Source: Squalus acanthias
Taxonomy: Eukaryota
Length of the DNA stretch: 64,000 nucleotides
Direction of reading: 5' to 3'
NCBI GenBank assembly: GCA_030390025.1
Contig: CM059432.1
Location: 99,326,001 to 99,390,000 of the forward strand
Made by a program: the position numbers and the translations under genes. Positions within the stretch are counted from its first letter, which is position 1. Every line of letters begins with the position of its first letter. Below the pieces are notes generated by a model. That model was not told the origin of the DNA and did not search any database. It worked only from the letters and a program-made list of their open reading frames with translations. Of the stretch, positions 1 through 12,845 are shown in pieces.

Positions 1-1
1 C

Positions 2-1442
2 TGTGAGTGGTTCGACCCACTCGCCCTTACGGTTCTAACACTGGACTTAGGTGCGAGAGCAATAATGCAGAGAAAACTCAGGTAGACCCGGTTGAATAGT
101 ACGAAATGGAAAATCTTTATTGCATATTATTCAAGATTATGAAATACATGTCATAAGCACAGATTAATGACAGTACAAACTTACATACATTTATGCAACT
201 AGGTTTAGGGAAACGAGGAGCGCATGACACATTGTAAAAGGGGACACACATTATAATTATCCTTAAAACATAAACCCTCCCCTATCAATACCTGTCCTAA
301 TCTAGATCTGTAGGATCGAGACTCATGCTCACCACTCGTGATAACTCAGAGAATTCCGAGACGCTGCTCGGATGTTTTCACCACAGCACCTGACTATTCA
401 CGTGTTGATCAGGGGTCCCTGTGCCCCACTTGTTTACTCGCTTTGCTCCGGCTAGCAGGCTGGACCGTCTGCTGTCATGAAGATCTGTGTTGACCTCGGA
501 ACTCTGATAAAACTCAAAGAAGAGTCTTCCTGTGCTCGACACCAGTTAGCCGGTAAAATTCAAAGAAGAGTCTTTCTGGACCGACACCAGTTGTCGGTAG
601 AACTCGAAGAAAAGTCTTTCAGGGCCAGTTGTGGAGTAGCCGGTAGAATTCGAAGAAGTGGTTAATCGATTTTCGGGCGCGGTCGGGGTTTACTGACCGC
701 GGCGGCACGTGTAGTCGTCTTCTTCTCTTCTCATCTCATCTCATCTCATCTCCTTTCGGGCCTTCGGTTCCAACACCGTTTACCGACTTCTCGGGATGGT
801 GCGCCCACTTACAGGCCTTCGCAGACCAGCTCTCCACAGATCTTCACGGCAAGCCACGAGGTTGACTCCCGGAAAATCAACGGATCAGAGAAGCGAGTCA
901 AAGGAATAAGAGAAAGATGGACGTTTGGACACTACAGTTATAGTACTGTAATTCCTTATCTCCCGCCCAATCTTAATGTTCATCTTTTGTCATGTTTTGG
1001 CGCTCAAACTTCTTGTATGGGGTGGTACTTGTTGTTAATGGGTTTCGGTGATACTTGTAACTGTCTGAGTACCCGTTAATATTTCTCCCCTTGTGGAACC
1101 GGCTAGGAGTCTCCCTGGAGGGGTTTTGGGGGCCTCCGAATTCTTGCTGTGAGTACCCGCGAATGGCTCTCTCATCGTAGAGCCGTGGGGAATTTGCGTA
1201 TCAATGTCTTTGGATGGGCCCCTTGATTGCCCAGTACAATAGCTCTCATTTGTGCATGGAAAAACCCGATTCCAGCACTTATATTCCTTGCCTGGGTGTT
1301 AAAATGCAAAACGATCTCGTCTTGTCTTATCTCAATATGCTGAGTCCTGTCCGATCTTGCTGAAATGTGTATTGAAACGCCATCTTGTCTGCCTACTGAA
1401 AGTCTAGAACCTTCTGCCACGAGGCGTGGCGGCCATTTTACA
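2..1442 (-). mobile_element. Possible LTR/ERV-like segment (solo-LTR-like); boundaries uncertain
   Basis: CpG-rich block unlike the AT-rich flank. Begins TG at 2, with a candidate CA end at 1441-1442. Minus-strand AATAAA at 116-121 and internal tandem repeats. No gag/pol ORF; TSD not testable at the window edge. Confidence 0.35.
511..660. repeat. Imperfect ~45-bp tandem repeat, about 3.3 units
   Basis: Units AA(C/T)TC(A/G)AAGAA(G/A)AGTCTT...CGGTA start near 511, 556, 601 and 647. Confidence 0.8.
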
Positions 1443-1609
1443 GGCTGCTTGTGTCCGTTTTGAAACCTGACAGCATTTTGCTGAAATAAAGCCGTTTTAC
1501 GAAACTGTATATCTCTTTCTCATTATTTTTAAATCACGATAATTTGTGAATTCTACACTCCTGCCTTCTCCATTAAAATTCAGCCGTATGTTTTTATTCA
1601 TTTTATTTA

Positions 1610-2080
1610 GTGTCAGCCATGGCTTAGTTGGTAGCACACTCGCCTCTGAGTCAGAATGTTGTGGGTTCAAGTCCCACTCCAGAGACTTGAGCACAAAAAT
1701 CTAGGCTGACACTCCAGTGCAATGCTGAGGGAGTGCTGCAGTGTCGGAGCTGCCGTCTTTTGGATGAGACGTTAAACCGAGGCCCCGTCTGCGCTGTTAG
1801 GTGGACATAAAAGATCCTATGGCACTATTTCGAAGAAAAGCGGGGGAGTTTTCCCTGGTGTCCTGGTGAACATTTATCCCTCAATCAACATGACTAAAAA
1901 ACGGATATCTGGTCATTATGACATTGCTGTTTGTGAGAACTTGCTGTGTGCAAATAGGCTGCCGCGATTGCTACATTACAATAGTGACTACACTTCAAAA
2001 GTACTTCATTGGCTGTAAAGCACTTTGGGACGTCCGGTGTTCATGAAAGGCGCTATATAAATGCAAGTCTTTCTTTCTTT
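1610..2080 (+). mobile_element. tRNA-derived DeuSINE (SacSINE1-like), full length
   Basis: A box TGGCTTAGTTGG 1620-1631 and B box GGTTCAAGTCC 1664-1674. Deu-domain-like GGATGAGACGTTAAACCGAGGCCCCGTCTG...AAAAGATCC. L2-type tail TGTAAAGCACTTTGGGAC...AGGCGCTATATAAATGCAAG followed by (TCTT)n. Confidence 0.85.
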
Positions 2081-2395
2081 ACTTGCAATTGCAACATTCC
2101 CAGACTTTTTACCAGTGTTTTGTGGATTATGTTCCTTTTTTTATTATGAAAACTGAAACCCAGCTGCAAATAACCACTGGTCTAAGAATTGTACTAAAGT
2201 AATGGACAGAGGAATGTCATACGAATGTGGTAGATGTTTGTCCATTAATAACGGCTACAGTAATTTCTAGACTATGGTGTCCACAGTGCACCAGCAGGTG
2301 CAGTGCAATGACAGAGGTTCATTATTGGCTGCATAGTATTGTAAAATTATACTACAATATTCTTAGCATATTTATGCTATTCATTTGCACTATAA

Positions 2396-2603
2396 GGGGA
2401 GAATTTCCTGAGGCATTGGATCACCAGGGCACTGCAAATACCGGAAGCTTGGGTGGGTCCAGTACAGTGCAGACCTGTACAACATTTTAAATGGAGCTAA
2501 ATCAGATGGGTTCCTTTTCAGGCATGCACCTGCCCAATTTCCAATATTCGTTGCATCTGGTCAATCCAGTGCACCTGGGCACACATCAAGGAAAGTCTCC
2601 CCC
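2396..2603. mobile_element. Short degenerate palindromic MITE (Harbinger-like TIR)
   Basis: GGGGAGAATTTCCT ... AGGAAAGTCTCCCC termini with internal inverted similarity. Confidence 0.55.
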
Positions 2604-3596
2604 ATAGTCTCCTAATTTCCTATGATTTACCATTGCATGGTGTGATCTCTAGAAGTAAATTCTCTCCCCCCGCCCCCCCACTCCCCCCGCAAGTTTCATC
2701 AATTTCTTACCTCTCCTAAAAACTCTGATTCATGGTATGGTCATAAAGGCAGTGCCAACACTATTATACCTCACTCAAGTGGGCATTCCTCTTTAATGAA
2801 CTTTGACACTGAGGCTCAAAAATTGCAGTCAGTGGCATAGCTATGGAGTACGCCACCAACCTACGAAAATAATACGAACTTACCTTGTGCGAGGCCCAGA
2901 ATGGAGACTTGCACTTCGGTGCTGCAGATTTCTGCGCAGCGTCTGACATCGGGGAGGCCAGGAGCGCAAAGTACAGCCTATGCGTAAGGGAAGACACGCT
3001 CACAAAAGCTGTCAAAACTAAGCCACACCCACAGAAACTTCTCTCAGTCTCTTCCATTGAAATTACATTTTAAAAACTTTAAAAAATGTCTAAAACTTTT
3101 AAAAACCTCGAAAAATTTCTAAAAACTTAAAAAAAAACTTTTAATTAAACAGGTACTTGGACTTATTTCATATATCTGCATTTTGTTTTATTTTTTTCAC
3201 AATTTATTAGTCCCTATGTATACAACTTCCTGTTTAGATACTCAGTAAAGGTCTAACACTCCTACAAGTAATGTTGTTGAACTTCAGAAAGAGATTCCAA
3301 GCCATATATTCAATGTTAATTTTCAGGATTAAAACATATTATTCAGACCTCATTTAGACTGCTAATAGATAAATCTATTTTCCTTGTTATAGATGCATTA
3401 TATTGTTTGTTATGTTGTTCATTTTTTGAGTTGAAAGGACAGAATTGGTTACTGAAATCTGATAGATGTTCACTTTATTTAACTTTCTTATTCAGCTTCC
3501 CAAGTAATTAAAATTAATACTTTCTATCTGTCTATCTTTCTGGCCTTCTGTGTTTCTAAAGGATATTTTTTTCATGAGCAATCAATTTAATTTTCA

Positions 3597-4312
3597 GGGG
3601 GAGAAATTCAGTATCACCCCGTTTGGGGACACTAGCTTTTGAAAGCTGGGAAACTTAGCGCCAGGCGCCAATGATTCCCAGCTTTTGCAAAATTTGGTGT
3701 TTGCGCTCCAGGAAGGAAGTGAACGCTAAATCAAGCGCTCCACTTCCTTCCTGGAACGCTAAAGGACACAGGCGGGGTGGTAGTGGTGCAGCGCTGCCGC
3801 GATCTGAGGCTCCTTCCCTCCCTTAAAGGAAAGGACCATCGCTGCAGGCTCTGCATTGGGACCAGTTAGCTGGTCCCCGTCGACAGCCACGATCCGGCCC
3901 GATCAGCCCCATGCGCTCCAGCAGAGTGCCGGGCTGATCGATTGTGGCCCAGGAGCAATCGAAAAAAATCACTAGGAGGGTGGTTAAAAATGTTTTCCTA
4001 CCCGTGCCAACATCCCCTTTTATTTGCGCCTCCAAAGCGCCTGGCCTCCCGAATAACGGCTCCTGCAGCTGTCGACGTTGTCACCCGGCGATGCTGCAGG
4101 GGGCAGAACCGAAGTTCGGGTCTGGGGCGCTAATGGGACGATGCGCAGGACAATGCGCCCGGAGATCGTGGTGCAAAGTGTTAACGCCGCCACAAACCTC
4201 TCAGCCAATTTAGCGGGAGTCGTTCATTTCGCCGTGCCCGGTCGGCAAGTCGTTAGCGCCCCGTTATCGCCCCCGGAGATGATAACGGGCTAAGGTATTG
4301 AATTTCTCCCCC
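3597..4312. mobile_element. PIF/Harbinger MITE
   Basis: TIRs GGGGGAGAAATTCAGTATC / GGTATTGAATTTCTCCCCC; 3-bp TSD TCA on both sides; related to 57899-58576. Confidence 0.9.
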
Positions 4313-4346
4313 TCAGAATTTAACTGAAAGTAAAATAGAGTATGCT

Positions 4347-4687
4347 AAATAACAACAGAAAATGCTGGAAAAACTCAGCAGGCCAGGCAGCATCCGTGGA
4401 GAGAGAAACAGAGTTAACGTTTCAGGTCGAAGAGCTTTCGTCAAAACTGGAAAAAAGCAGGAAATGGAACAGATTTTAAAGCAAGATTAGGGCCCATTTC
4501 CCAGCCCCTAATCTTGCTTTATAATCTGTTCCATTTCCTGCTTTTTTCCAGTTCTGACGAAAGGTCTCCGGCCTGAAACGTTAACTCTGTTTCTCTTTCC
4601 ATGGATGCTGCCTGACCTGCTGAGTTTTTCCAGCGTTTTCTGTTGTTATTTCGGATTTCCAGCATCCGCAATATTTTGCTATTGTAT
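4347..4687. mobile_element. Penelope-like element terminal repeats in inverted (hairpin) configuration
   Basis: ~145-bp inverted arms (4347-4493 and 4504-4651). The same terminal sequence lies next to a GIY-YIG remnant at 27478-27965. Flanked by a 16-bp direct repeat TAGAGTATGCTAAATA (4336-4351, 4688-4703). Confidence 0.8.
4550..4586 (+). ncRNA. Minimal type I hammerhead ribozyme motif (Penelope-associated)
   Basis: AGTT-CTGACGA-A-AGGTC-TCC-GGCCT-GAAAC-GTT-AACT: both catalytic boxes, stem I AGTT/AACT, stem II AGGTC/GGCCT, stem III reduced to the palindrome ACGT, NUH triplet GUU. Confidence 0.65.
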
Positions 4688-5536
4688 TAGAGTATGCTAA
4701 ATAGTGTGTTCACATGAAACTTGCAAAAATAACTAAAAAAACTTTAACTGCTGTTAGATTGTACGATTTGGATGTGTGCTCTCCGTTTAATGATATAAAA
4801 TTAACGTACAGGAAAGACAATATTCCCCTCGCTACACACTGTTGAAATGAAACTAAAAGTTATCCTTGAAATCTTGAATTGATTTCTGCTTAAAAGTCTG
4901 TGCAAAGTCAAGCATTCTGAGGGCACGCATTGCACTGTGAGAAGTGTGTTTTGACTTTAGGAGATGTTTTTATCCAGGCTACTTGAACATGGGTGCTCCC
5001 TGAGATAACTATGTTCTTAGTAATACAATGCTACAAATATTTACTTGTGTGCTTGTGTACATCTCTCTCACATACACATATAAAAAGCACCAATTATATT
5101 GAATGTCAAGCTAGAAAAATTGAAACCTTTTTATTCTAGTTTGACCTGCTTCCTGGTTTTGAAGATTGGGTATCAGTACAGTACCGTGTCTCACTATATA
5201 TACTTTAAATTGAAAGGCACGGCCATTTCAACCTTAATTGATTGACAAAAAAAGTTTCCTCCACCAAAATACATACATAGATCTTCTTTTAAGATGTGGA
5301 ACAGGCTCCTGCGCCTGCTTTCACTAACTGTAACATTTTTGGACATAATTGCCGGGCAGTTGGTGGGCAAATAGCCCAACTCTGCGCCAGCAATTGGGAT
5401 TTCCAAGGCGGTGCGGATCATCTGTCAAGCCATACCTTGACAGATTGCAAGTTTGGGATCTCAGAGTACGCTGTCATACCCAGCGCAAAATCCGGGCCTG
5501 AGTGTTTACAGACTATTTACAGCCAAGTCTCAACCT

Positions 5537-6260
5537 GTCCTCTCATATTGACATACTGGCGGGGGGGGGTGGGGGGTGGGCGGTGAACAGTGTACGCGAG
5601 CCCCAAAGCAGGTGGCGAACCTGGAGAGTCTGGGAACATGCAGGCCTTGCCAATCTTAACAGCAGGGCCTCATTTAAATACATTTTCCCAGAGTCCCGCC
5701 CGAACCCGGCAACAGCCACTACCTGGCCGTAGCCGGGAACCCATGGGAACAGTCCCAGGCAGTCAGTAGGAGGAGGGGTCTGGATGCGATCGGGTGTGGT
5801 GGTGCAGAGGCGATCAGGGAATCAAAGGATGGGGTTCCACCACGATCGGGGGAAGGCCATGGCTGGGGGAGGCCCGAAGACTTCTTGCGAGGCATGGGGG
5901 GAGCACTCCTGCTCCTGCTGGCCCACCAGGAGGTCTGGCAAAGTAATTTTTTATAACTTACCTTGGCCTCTTCTGGCCAGTCGTTGCCTCCTGCCATGGT
6001 TCTGCTATTGGGCTCCAGGCAGTGCAGGACTCCCCCTGAGATTTTGTTAAGATTACGTTGCAGTGCCGATGACATCCTCGGGTCGTGATTTCTGAATTTA
6101 AAGTAGGCATTAGTGGGAGCCTTGGCTGACTTGAAGTCGGTGAAGATTACATGGCGCCAGACGGGAACAGAGTGACCTCCGGCTGGTAAGTCGACTCAGC
6201 TTAATTTTAACCCTTCCCACGCACCATTCTCGCTGGGCAAGGAGGGTTAAAATCCAGCCC
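5537..6260. mobile_element. Degenerate GC-rich Harbinger-like MITE
   Basis: Right end GGGTTAAAATCCAGCCC matches the GGGCTGGATTTT-type TIR seen at 14752 and 20384; left end decayed. Confidence 0.5.
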
Positions 6261-8987
6261 ACTGTCGAGGAGTGATTAGTAAATATCGACCAGTAGCAGT
6301 AATCCTGGCTGATTGTTAACCCCTGAGTAACGCAGTGATGCTGAGGCCAATTGTTGTGCTTTTACCTCCATAATGAAACATCAGCTAACACAGCACACAC
6401 CAAATATTGCATCTAGGCTGTTCGTGGCCTGTACTACACTGGCTGGAGCATTAATTGAGGAGCTCATTTATTTTTGTGAGAGTGTGAGACATCTGTGCAA
6501 TTTTAGCACAGACAGTCGTAGTATCAAGCACTCTCAGATCAGTAATAGCATAGGCCTGTTCTCAACAAGCTGTTCTACTGATGATGTTTCCTCAGCCATG
6601 ATGATTGGATTATCTATTCCTCTCATCACTTAATTCATTGGAAGAGTTCATTCAAAAAGTAGGAAGCAACACGAGTCTTGGCAATATCTTTAAGCTCAGG
6701 GTGTTTTTTAGCTCTTGATTTTCTGTCAAGTGGGCTCCCCAATGTCTCAGTGGGGAAATGTGCTGTACTCAGCCACGCAGGGCAGAAAAATTCAGCTTGA
6801 TCCCCAGTCTGTATTGAAGCTGTTGATTTTATCTGGAGTGCTGTAGGAGTGTTGGAAATAGCGTCAGCGTCTGTGGACCAAGATAGTGAAAAACCTATCC
6901 AGTAACTGCTGTTGGAAAAATGTTTTGGAGGAGTTGAATGAAAACAGACTGAGCTCCGTGTGATACCTCCAAATGAACAGATTGGACAATCCTTGCCTAA
7001 GCTCCAACATAAAGAATGGCCAATTGCGAATTGTACAGGAGGGCTATACCTTCATGCAAGTCAACGCCTTCAGGTGGAAAGGGGAAAAGTAAACAAATAT
7101 TAATTTAGGCTTTGTGTTAAAGTATATAAGGGAACCCAGTTTTAGATGCTGAATGCTAATGCATTTGACCTGAAAGAACAGAGTGTACAAACTACTCCTG
7201 ACAACATCAGGCTATAACAGCAGACAAACATTCAATGCCACCAACTCACATTCCTCATAACAGAATCTTTTAAGAGTCATTGCACTTCAATTATGCCTAG
7301 TACATCAGAGAATAACTGGCCGTGCAGACTAAATGGTTTATGAATAATAGCTGAATCTAATCAAACCTGCCTTTTTCATTCTTAGTTCTGTGATCCTTGA
7401 AATGAAATTTGAAATACAGCTGACAGCATATTTCTTTACAGTGTGATTCCCTGATGATGGACTGTGTCACTATCTTCACAATTTTTGTATTTACTTGTAT
7501 GAAGACTTTGAACACTTTGTGTATACTTCTGAGATTTCAGGACAAGCATTCTGAATAACGTTTATATCTTTCGGACACGATTATTTAAAACTTGATATGC
7601 AGAATAATACCGAGACTGGAATTACTACAGTTATCATGCCTAAATCAGTAAGATAGCACTGTTGTGTAACCTATAATGTACTACATTGTAAGAAAAACAG
7701 AGTACAGTTGCCATGCTACACAATCAGGATTAATGCAAACAATAAGCATTAAGAGTCAAACCGAATAGACCTGAAGCAGATAGGAAAGTGTAATTGAAAT
7801 GAAAGGTATATTAAGGGATCAATAGACTTCAATGTGTTATGAACCATATTGTAATTACTTTTCTCAGGAATTAAAGCAAAGAGTTCCAGTTACACCACAA
7901 TCACAATTTCCTGTTCCAGACATCGAGTTAGTTCCTCAAGAGGTAATCGTCTAATAAATATCAGTCTTGGTTCGATTTGTTGTTTCATTTTCAATGTACA
8001 CAATTTTGGTTAGCTGAAAAAAAATTGTTGACAAGGTATTCAATTCACATAACAATTAAGAATAAAATAAAATAATCAAAACAGGCAAATTATAGACAGA
8101 GGTATTGGATAAATCAAATTCTGTTTGTAATTTGCTGGGATTACTGGATCTCTGCTGGTGTTTTAGGGACCACATTCCATGGTTCCACTGGAAAACCAGC
8201 CCCTTGTTAAGAGACTGCTATCCTGTATAAGCAGGGCACTGGTTTATGGGGACTGAATAAATCAAACTTCACCTGATTATTGCCACAATCCTGTCTACCT
8301 TTCAGTGAAAACTGCAGTACTGAGGCTTTGATTAAAGGACAAACCTTATAACTCTCCCACATTTTGAGAGTGACAACTTGATTTCAGAACAATCATTTGC
8401 TTAATATACACACACTTGTCTCATTACATAGTTTATTAGTATATTTTATATCAACTGAAGGATTCTGTGACAACCCAAAGCTGCTGACTGCTTAAAGCAG
8501 CCATCGAACCCATGACAATTCCGGCTACACCTGGGGGAAAATATTCGGTTGGTTAGCGCCTCCCGTTAGTGCCTCCAGGGGCGCTAATGGGGCGGTAGGA
8601 ACTTTGCGCCCGAGCGTGGCGAGTTTAGCGCTGCTCGCGAAATTGACCAGACATTTTGCGACAGCGCTAAACAATACTGCCATGATCTCCTGCGCCCACA
8701 GAGTGTGACGTCCCGGTAGCGCCCCAGACGCCCCCTGCCTTTCCGCCTGCCGCTAGGAACGACAGGTAGAGGGGAACATTTTCCAGTCAGGACGGGACTG
8801 GGGGAGCACTACTTAAAGGCGGCCACTTCCTGCCTTTTCTTGTCGGCGAAATTTTTGTAACACGCAGGTTGAGAGGGAGAGAGATGGCTGGAGAGATTTG
8901 ACGCAGTGCGAAGGAGTTTTGGGTCCTGAGCACCACTTTGGAGGTTCATTTTTATTTCACCTTCCTTCCAGCGATTTAGAAGAGACT

Positions 8988-10156
8988 ATGGGGGCTGCAC
9001 TAACTCAGGCCGTCATTGTCCAGCTGCACAATCGGAGACAGCAGAGGCACAGAGAGAGAGTGGCAAACATGGCCAGAGGGAGGAGGGCAAACAGGCCTCC
9101 GCACAGGAGACCTACCCTCCGAGGGTATTCAGGGAGCAATTCTCATGCCTTCATTTGTCTGAGGAGCAGTGTTTCCGCAGGCTGCGCTTCAGCAAGGAGG
9201 TGGTCACTGAGCTCTGTCACCTGCTGCAACCAGATCTGCAGCCTCAACTCTGAACCAGGACGTCTCTGTCGGTGGCAGTGAAGGTGACAGTGGCTCTGAA
9301 TTTTTATGCCAGCGGCTCCTTTCAGGCTTCTACTGGGAACAGCGCCAATATCTCCCAGTTTGCTGTCCATTGTTGCATCCAGGAGGTGTCAAATGCCCTG
9401 TATAAAAGGAGACGCCAGTACATCTCTTTCCCCATGACCCAGGACAAACAGCGCGAACGCGCATGTGGCTTTGCTAGGATAGCGGGCTTCCCCATGGTGC
9501 AGGGCGCCATTGACTGCACGCATATGGCATTGCGGGTACCGCATGAAAATGCAGAGGTATTCCAAAACCGCAAGGGCTTCCACCCTTTAAATGTGCAGTT
9601 GGTCTGTGACCACAGACAGCTCATGCTCGCCATCAATGCCCGCTATCCTGGCAGCAGCCACGATGCTTTTATCCTGCACCAGACTGGTGTGGCAGACCTT
9701 TTCCAGGCACCGCATCACCCAAGTGGATGGCTCCTTGGGGACAAGGGTAATCCACTCTGCACCTGGCTGATGACACCGCTCCGTAACCCCAACACCCCTG
9801 CCGAGCTGCGGTATAATGAGAGCCATAGCGCCACCAGGAACCTAATTGAGCAGACGATCGGCGTGTTGAAGCAATGGTTCCACTGTCTGGACCACTCAGG
9901 AGGAGCCCTGCAGTACTCGCCTGAGTGAGTCTCCTTCTTCATTGTTGTATGCTGCATGCTTCCCAACCTCGCAATCCTGAGGATCCAGCCATTGCCATCA
10001 GGAATTGGTGCACCACCTGAGGAGGAGGAGGAAGAGGGAGAGAAGGAGGAGGAGGAGGATGAAGAGGAGGATCAGCAGCACCAACATGGGAGGGAGGCGC
10101 ACAATGTTGCCAGTGCAAGAGCCGACCGTGAATGGCTCATAAGAAACCGTTTCTAG
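8988..10156 (+). pseudogene. HARBI1-like DDE transposase (frameshifted, premature stop)
   Basis: Motifs GFPMVQGAIDCTH, NVQLVCD, YPGSSHDAFIL, WLLGDKG, YNESHSATRNLIEQTIGVLK and an acidic C-terminal tail, spread over ORFs 8898-9281, 9272-9928 and 9956-10156. Confidence 0.9.
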
Positions 10157-10468
10157 GCCCTTACTGAGAAGATGGCTTCTGGCATGAAGAAGCACATCAT
10201 GGAAAGCATCCCGCACCCCATATTGCCGGGCAAAGTTGCAATGAGTCAAATGAGCAAAAATGTAAATTTTGAATTAAAAAAATGATTTATTTTACAAACT
10301 CTGCGTGTGTCATTTATTCAGGACAAACAATTAGAAACCAACACAACAAATCATGAACTAACAAAACACGTTCTCACAGCATGGAGATAAACAGCAAAAC
10401 AGTAAACAAATATAATAACAAGAACCTCGACCTTTACCACAAACATTCCCCCCATTTATTTACACATC

Positions 10469-12283
10469 CTACTGTTGGCCCTTCGAGGGTGATCTCCATC
10501 CCCTGCGCACTGCCCCCCTTCCCAACCTACTACTCCTCTGTAATGTGGCCCCAGTGGCTGCAGCAAGGCTGGCGGAAGGCTGCTGAATGCTGGATCCAGA
10601 TACTGCAGATGCCCTTGAAGGACGCCCTCGACCAGCTCTGGGCCTGGAGGGCCCGGCTGCAGACTGCACCGACTCTGCATGGGCGGCAGCAGCCTGGGCT
10701 GGCTGGGTTGCAGTGGTGGGAGCAGGAATGGTGTCATCCTGAGAGAGGACAGCACCTCCCTGCTCGACCAACACACTGCCACTCCCACGGGGCAGTACCT
10801 CAGCATCCGGAGCAATCTGCTCGAGCACAGATTGCTGGCCTGCTGCAGTACTGTGAGATCCCCGAGGGACTGTGGGCGACCCAGCGAGGATGGCAGCAGT
10901 CAGTGCTTGCGTGACATCAATCTGAGACTGCATGAGAGCAGCACTAAGCCGTTGCGTTGCGTCAACCTGTGCTGCAATGGATCCTGCCACCTCACCCATT
11001 ACATGCAGCACGGGCTCTGCTTCACCACGGTCTCCCTGCAATTCAGCCATCCTCTGCAATGAGGCAAGGATGGGTTTAAGGGTTTGCGCACAGATGACAG
11101 CTGTGCTAGCAGCGGACTCCTCCACACTCCTAGCTAGTGCATCCATGCTTTCGGGCACCCTGCCATTGCACCCATGAGCTCAGTGTGCATGCTCAAGGCC
11201 TGGCTATTCATGGCCGCGATGGCAAGGTCTTCATCCGAGTCCTGTGCAGCAGAACTCGCTTGTCTACTCACCCTCCAGGGAACTGGCCCGCGAGCTTCCC
11301 TACCCCCATGGCGTTGCTGCAGCCCGCTAGGTCCAGGAGCTTCACATCAGATCCTAACCCCCTGCTCCCCTCCGGGGAACGCGTGGCCCCAGTGTCGGAA
11401 GTGTCACCCTCGGGAGATGCAGGCGGTGAGGCTCCGGCTTCCTCTTCCTCCTCGTCTGGGGTGTCGCTGCCACTGGTAGGTTGAGGGGCAGGCTGGTCAG
11501 CTGGTGGTTCACTATCTGAAAGCAGGGAGGTACAAGAGTGGCTTTAGCGTGAGGACAGGGGGGCAGGAAGGGAGTAAGGACTAGAGACAGTTAGTTGGAT
11601 TGAAAGTGTAAAAGTCTGGTGTATGAGAGAGGAGAGAAAGCTGATGAACACACCATTGCAGTCCCCAAGTGGGTCAACTTCTCCAGCGGCCACGGCACCT
11701 ATGACCTGGCTGGCAACGATCCTGTGCACTCTCGCCTCCAAATCAGTCAGGGGGTGTAGGTCAGCCAGTCCTCCTCCCGTGCATTGCTACTCCCGCCTGT
11801 TATGAGAGAGCTTGGCCTGCAAGAAAAAGGACAGCGTCTGAGTGAGTGTGCAGCCATGTGTTTGCCTGATGTGCCTCCCATAGTTGAATAGCCCTTAATG
11901 TGTGCAAGGTGTGGAATGTGCATGTGTCTTTTATGAGATGGCCATAGGTCTTGGATGAGTGCTGTGCATGTGGGATTTTAAACCCTCTGGCCACAGAGTG
12001 AAGTTGAGATGGAGGGATGTAGCTGTATTGAAAAGCATCCACTCACCCTGACGACCCGAGTGAGATCGTTGAGCTTCTTCCTACATTGAGTGTGACTCCT
12101 CGGCACCAGGCTCCTTGAGGAGACGTGCTGAGCCACCTCCCTCCACACTCTTCGGAACTCCCGGGGCAATGGCCTCCTGCCACTCTCTGGGTACAGCACT
12201 GCCCGTCGCTGCTCGACAGCGCCAACCAGAGCCACCAAGGCCTGGTCACTAAAGCGCTGAGCTCTCTCCCTGGGCCTATCCAT
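10469..12283 (-). pseudogene. Harbinger Myb/SANT-like DNA-binding protein gene, 3 exons (12283-12047, 11816-11654, 11515-10469)
   Basis: Exon 1 MDRPRERAQRFSDQALVALV...WREVAQHVSS...RSHTQCRKKLNDL. GT-AG introns lie at the same positions as in copy B. TAG stop in exon 2 and a frameshift in exon 3. Confidence 0.85.
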
Positions 12284-12845
12284 CACTCCTCTCAGCACAA
12301 TGGTGGTAGGTCTTTCCAGCACCAGAGTCAACGCTGCAATGAGAAGGGTGTGGCTGGCTAGCAATATGGATCCGCCCCTTTAAGAACTGGATGGCACCAG
12401 TCTGTCTGGGTTCCATTGGTAACTGACATCGACTGAGCTTCAGTAACGTTTGAGGTAGCGCCTCGCTCCCCGACATTCGTGCCTTAAGAGAGGTGTGTAG
12501 CGCCTGATTTAGCTCTCAAATCACCTCCAGGGGCGATAGAGGCGAATTTTGCAGTCGGAGGCAATAACTAGCGCCGGGCGCTAAACTTTGCACCCGGTCG
12601 ATATTAGCGCGTCTTCAGCATTTGTCTGAGTCTTCACCCTAAGATGGCCGACACACAACTGTTTTCAGGCTGCTATGCTTTACAACTCGCTGCTGGGACA
12701 TGTACAACAGTGTAAGTTGACTATTCTTTTCCGTGAGAAGTGCTTCACCTTTAAGAGCTCAAGGAAGATCAAGACTCATCACTTGGGTGGTCATGCACAT
12801 GAATCTGCTTACTGCCATTCCACTTTATAGTGTGTTAGAAACCAA

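Larger units (their letters stand above)
8533..12610 (+). mobile_element. PIF/Harbinger DNA transposon, copy A (two convergent genes, right TIR missing)
   Basis: Left TIR GGGGGAAAATATTCGGTT; transposase on + and Myb-like gene on -. Right subterminal sequence matches the start of copy B but lacks the last ~25 bp. Confidence 0.9.

Noticed and set aside
511..660. Regularly spaced repeats suggesting a CRISPR array
   Set aside because: Whole units are similar, with no unique spacers; there are only about 3 units, no cas genes, and the context is eukaryotic.
1610..1685. tRNA gene
   Set aside because: The A/B boxes run on into a SINE body and tail; this is a SINE head.
6720..7090. Possible ancient SINE-like repeat with related fragments near 15085-15175 and 18965-19095
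   Set aside because: Similarity by eye is too weak to define a family or boundaries.
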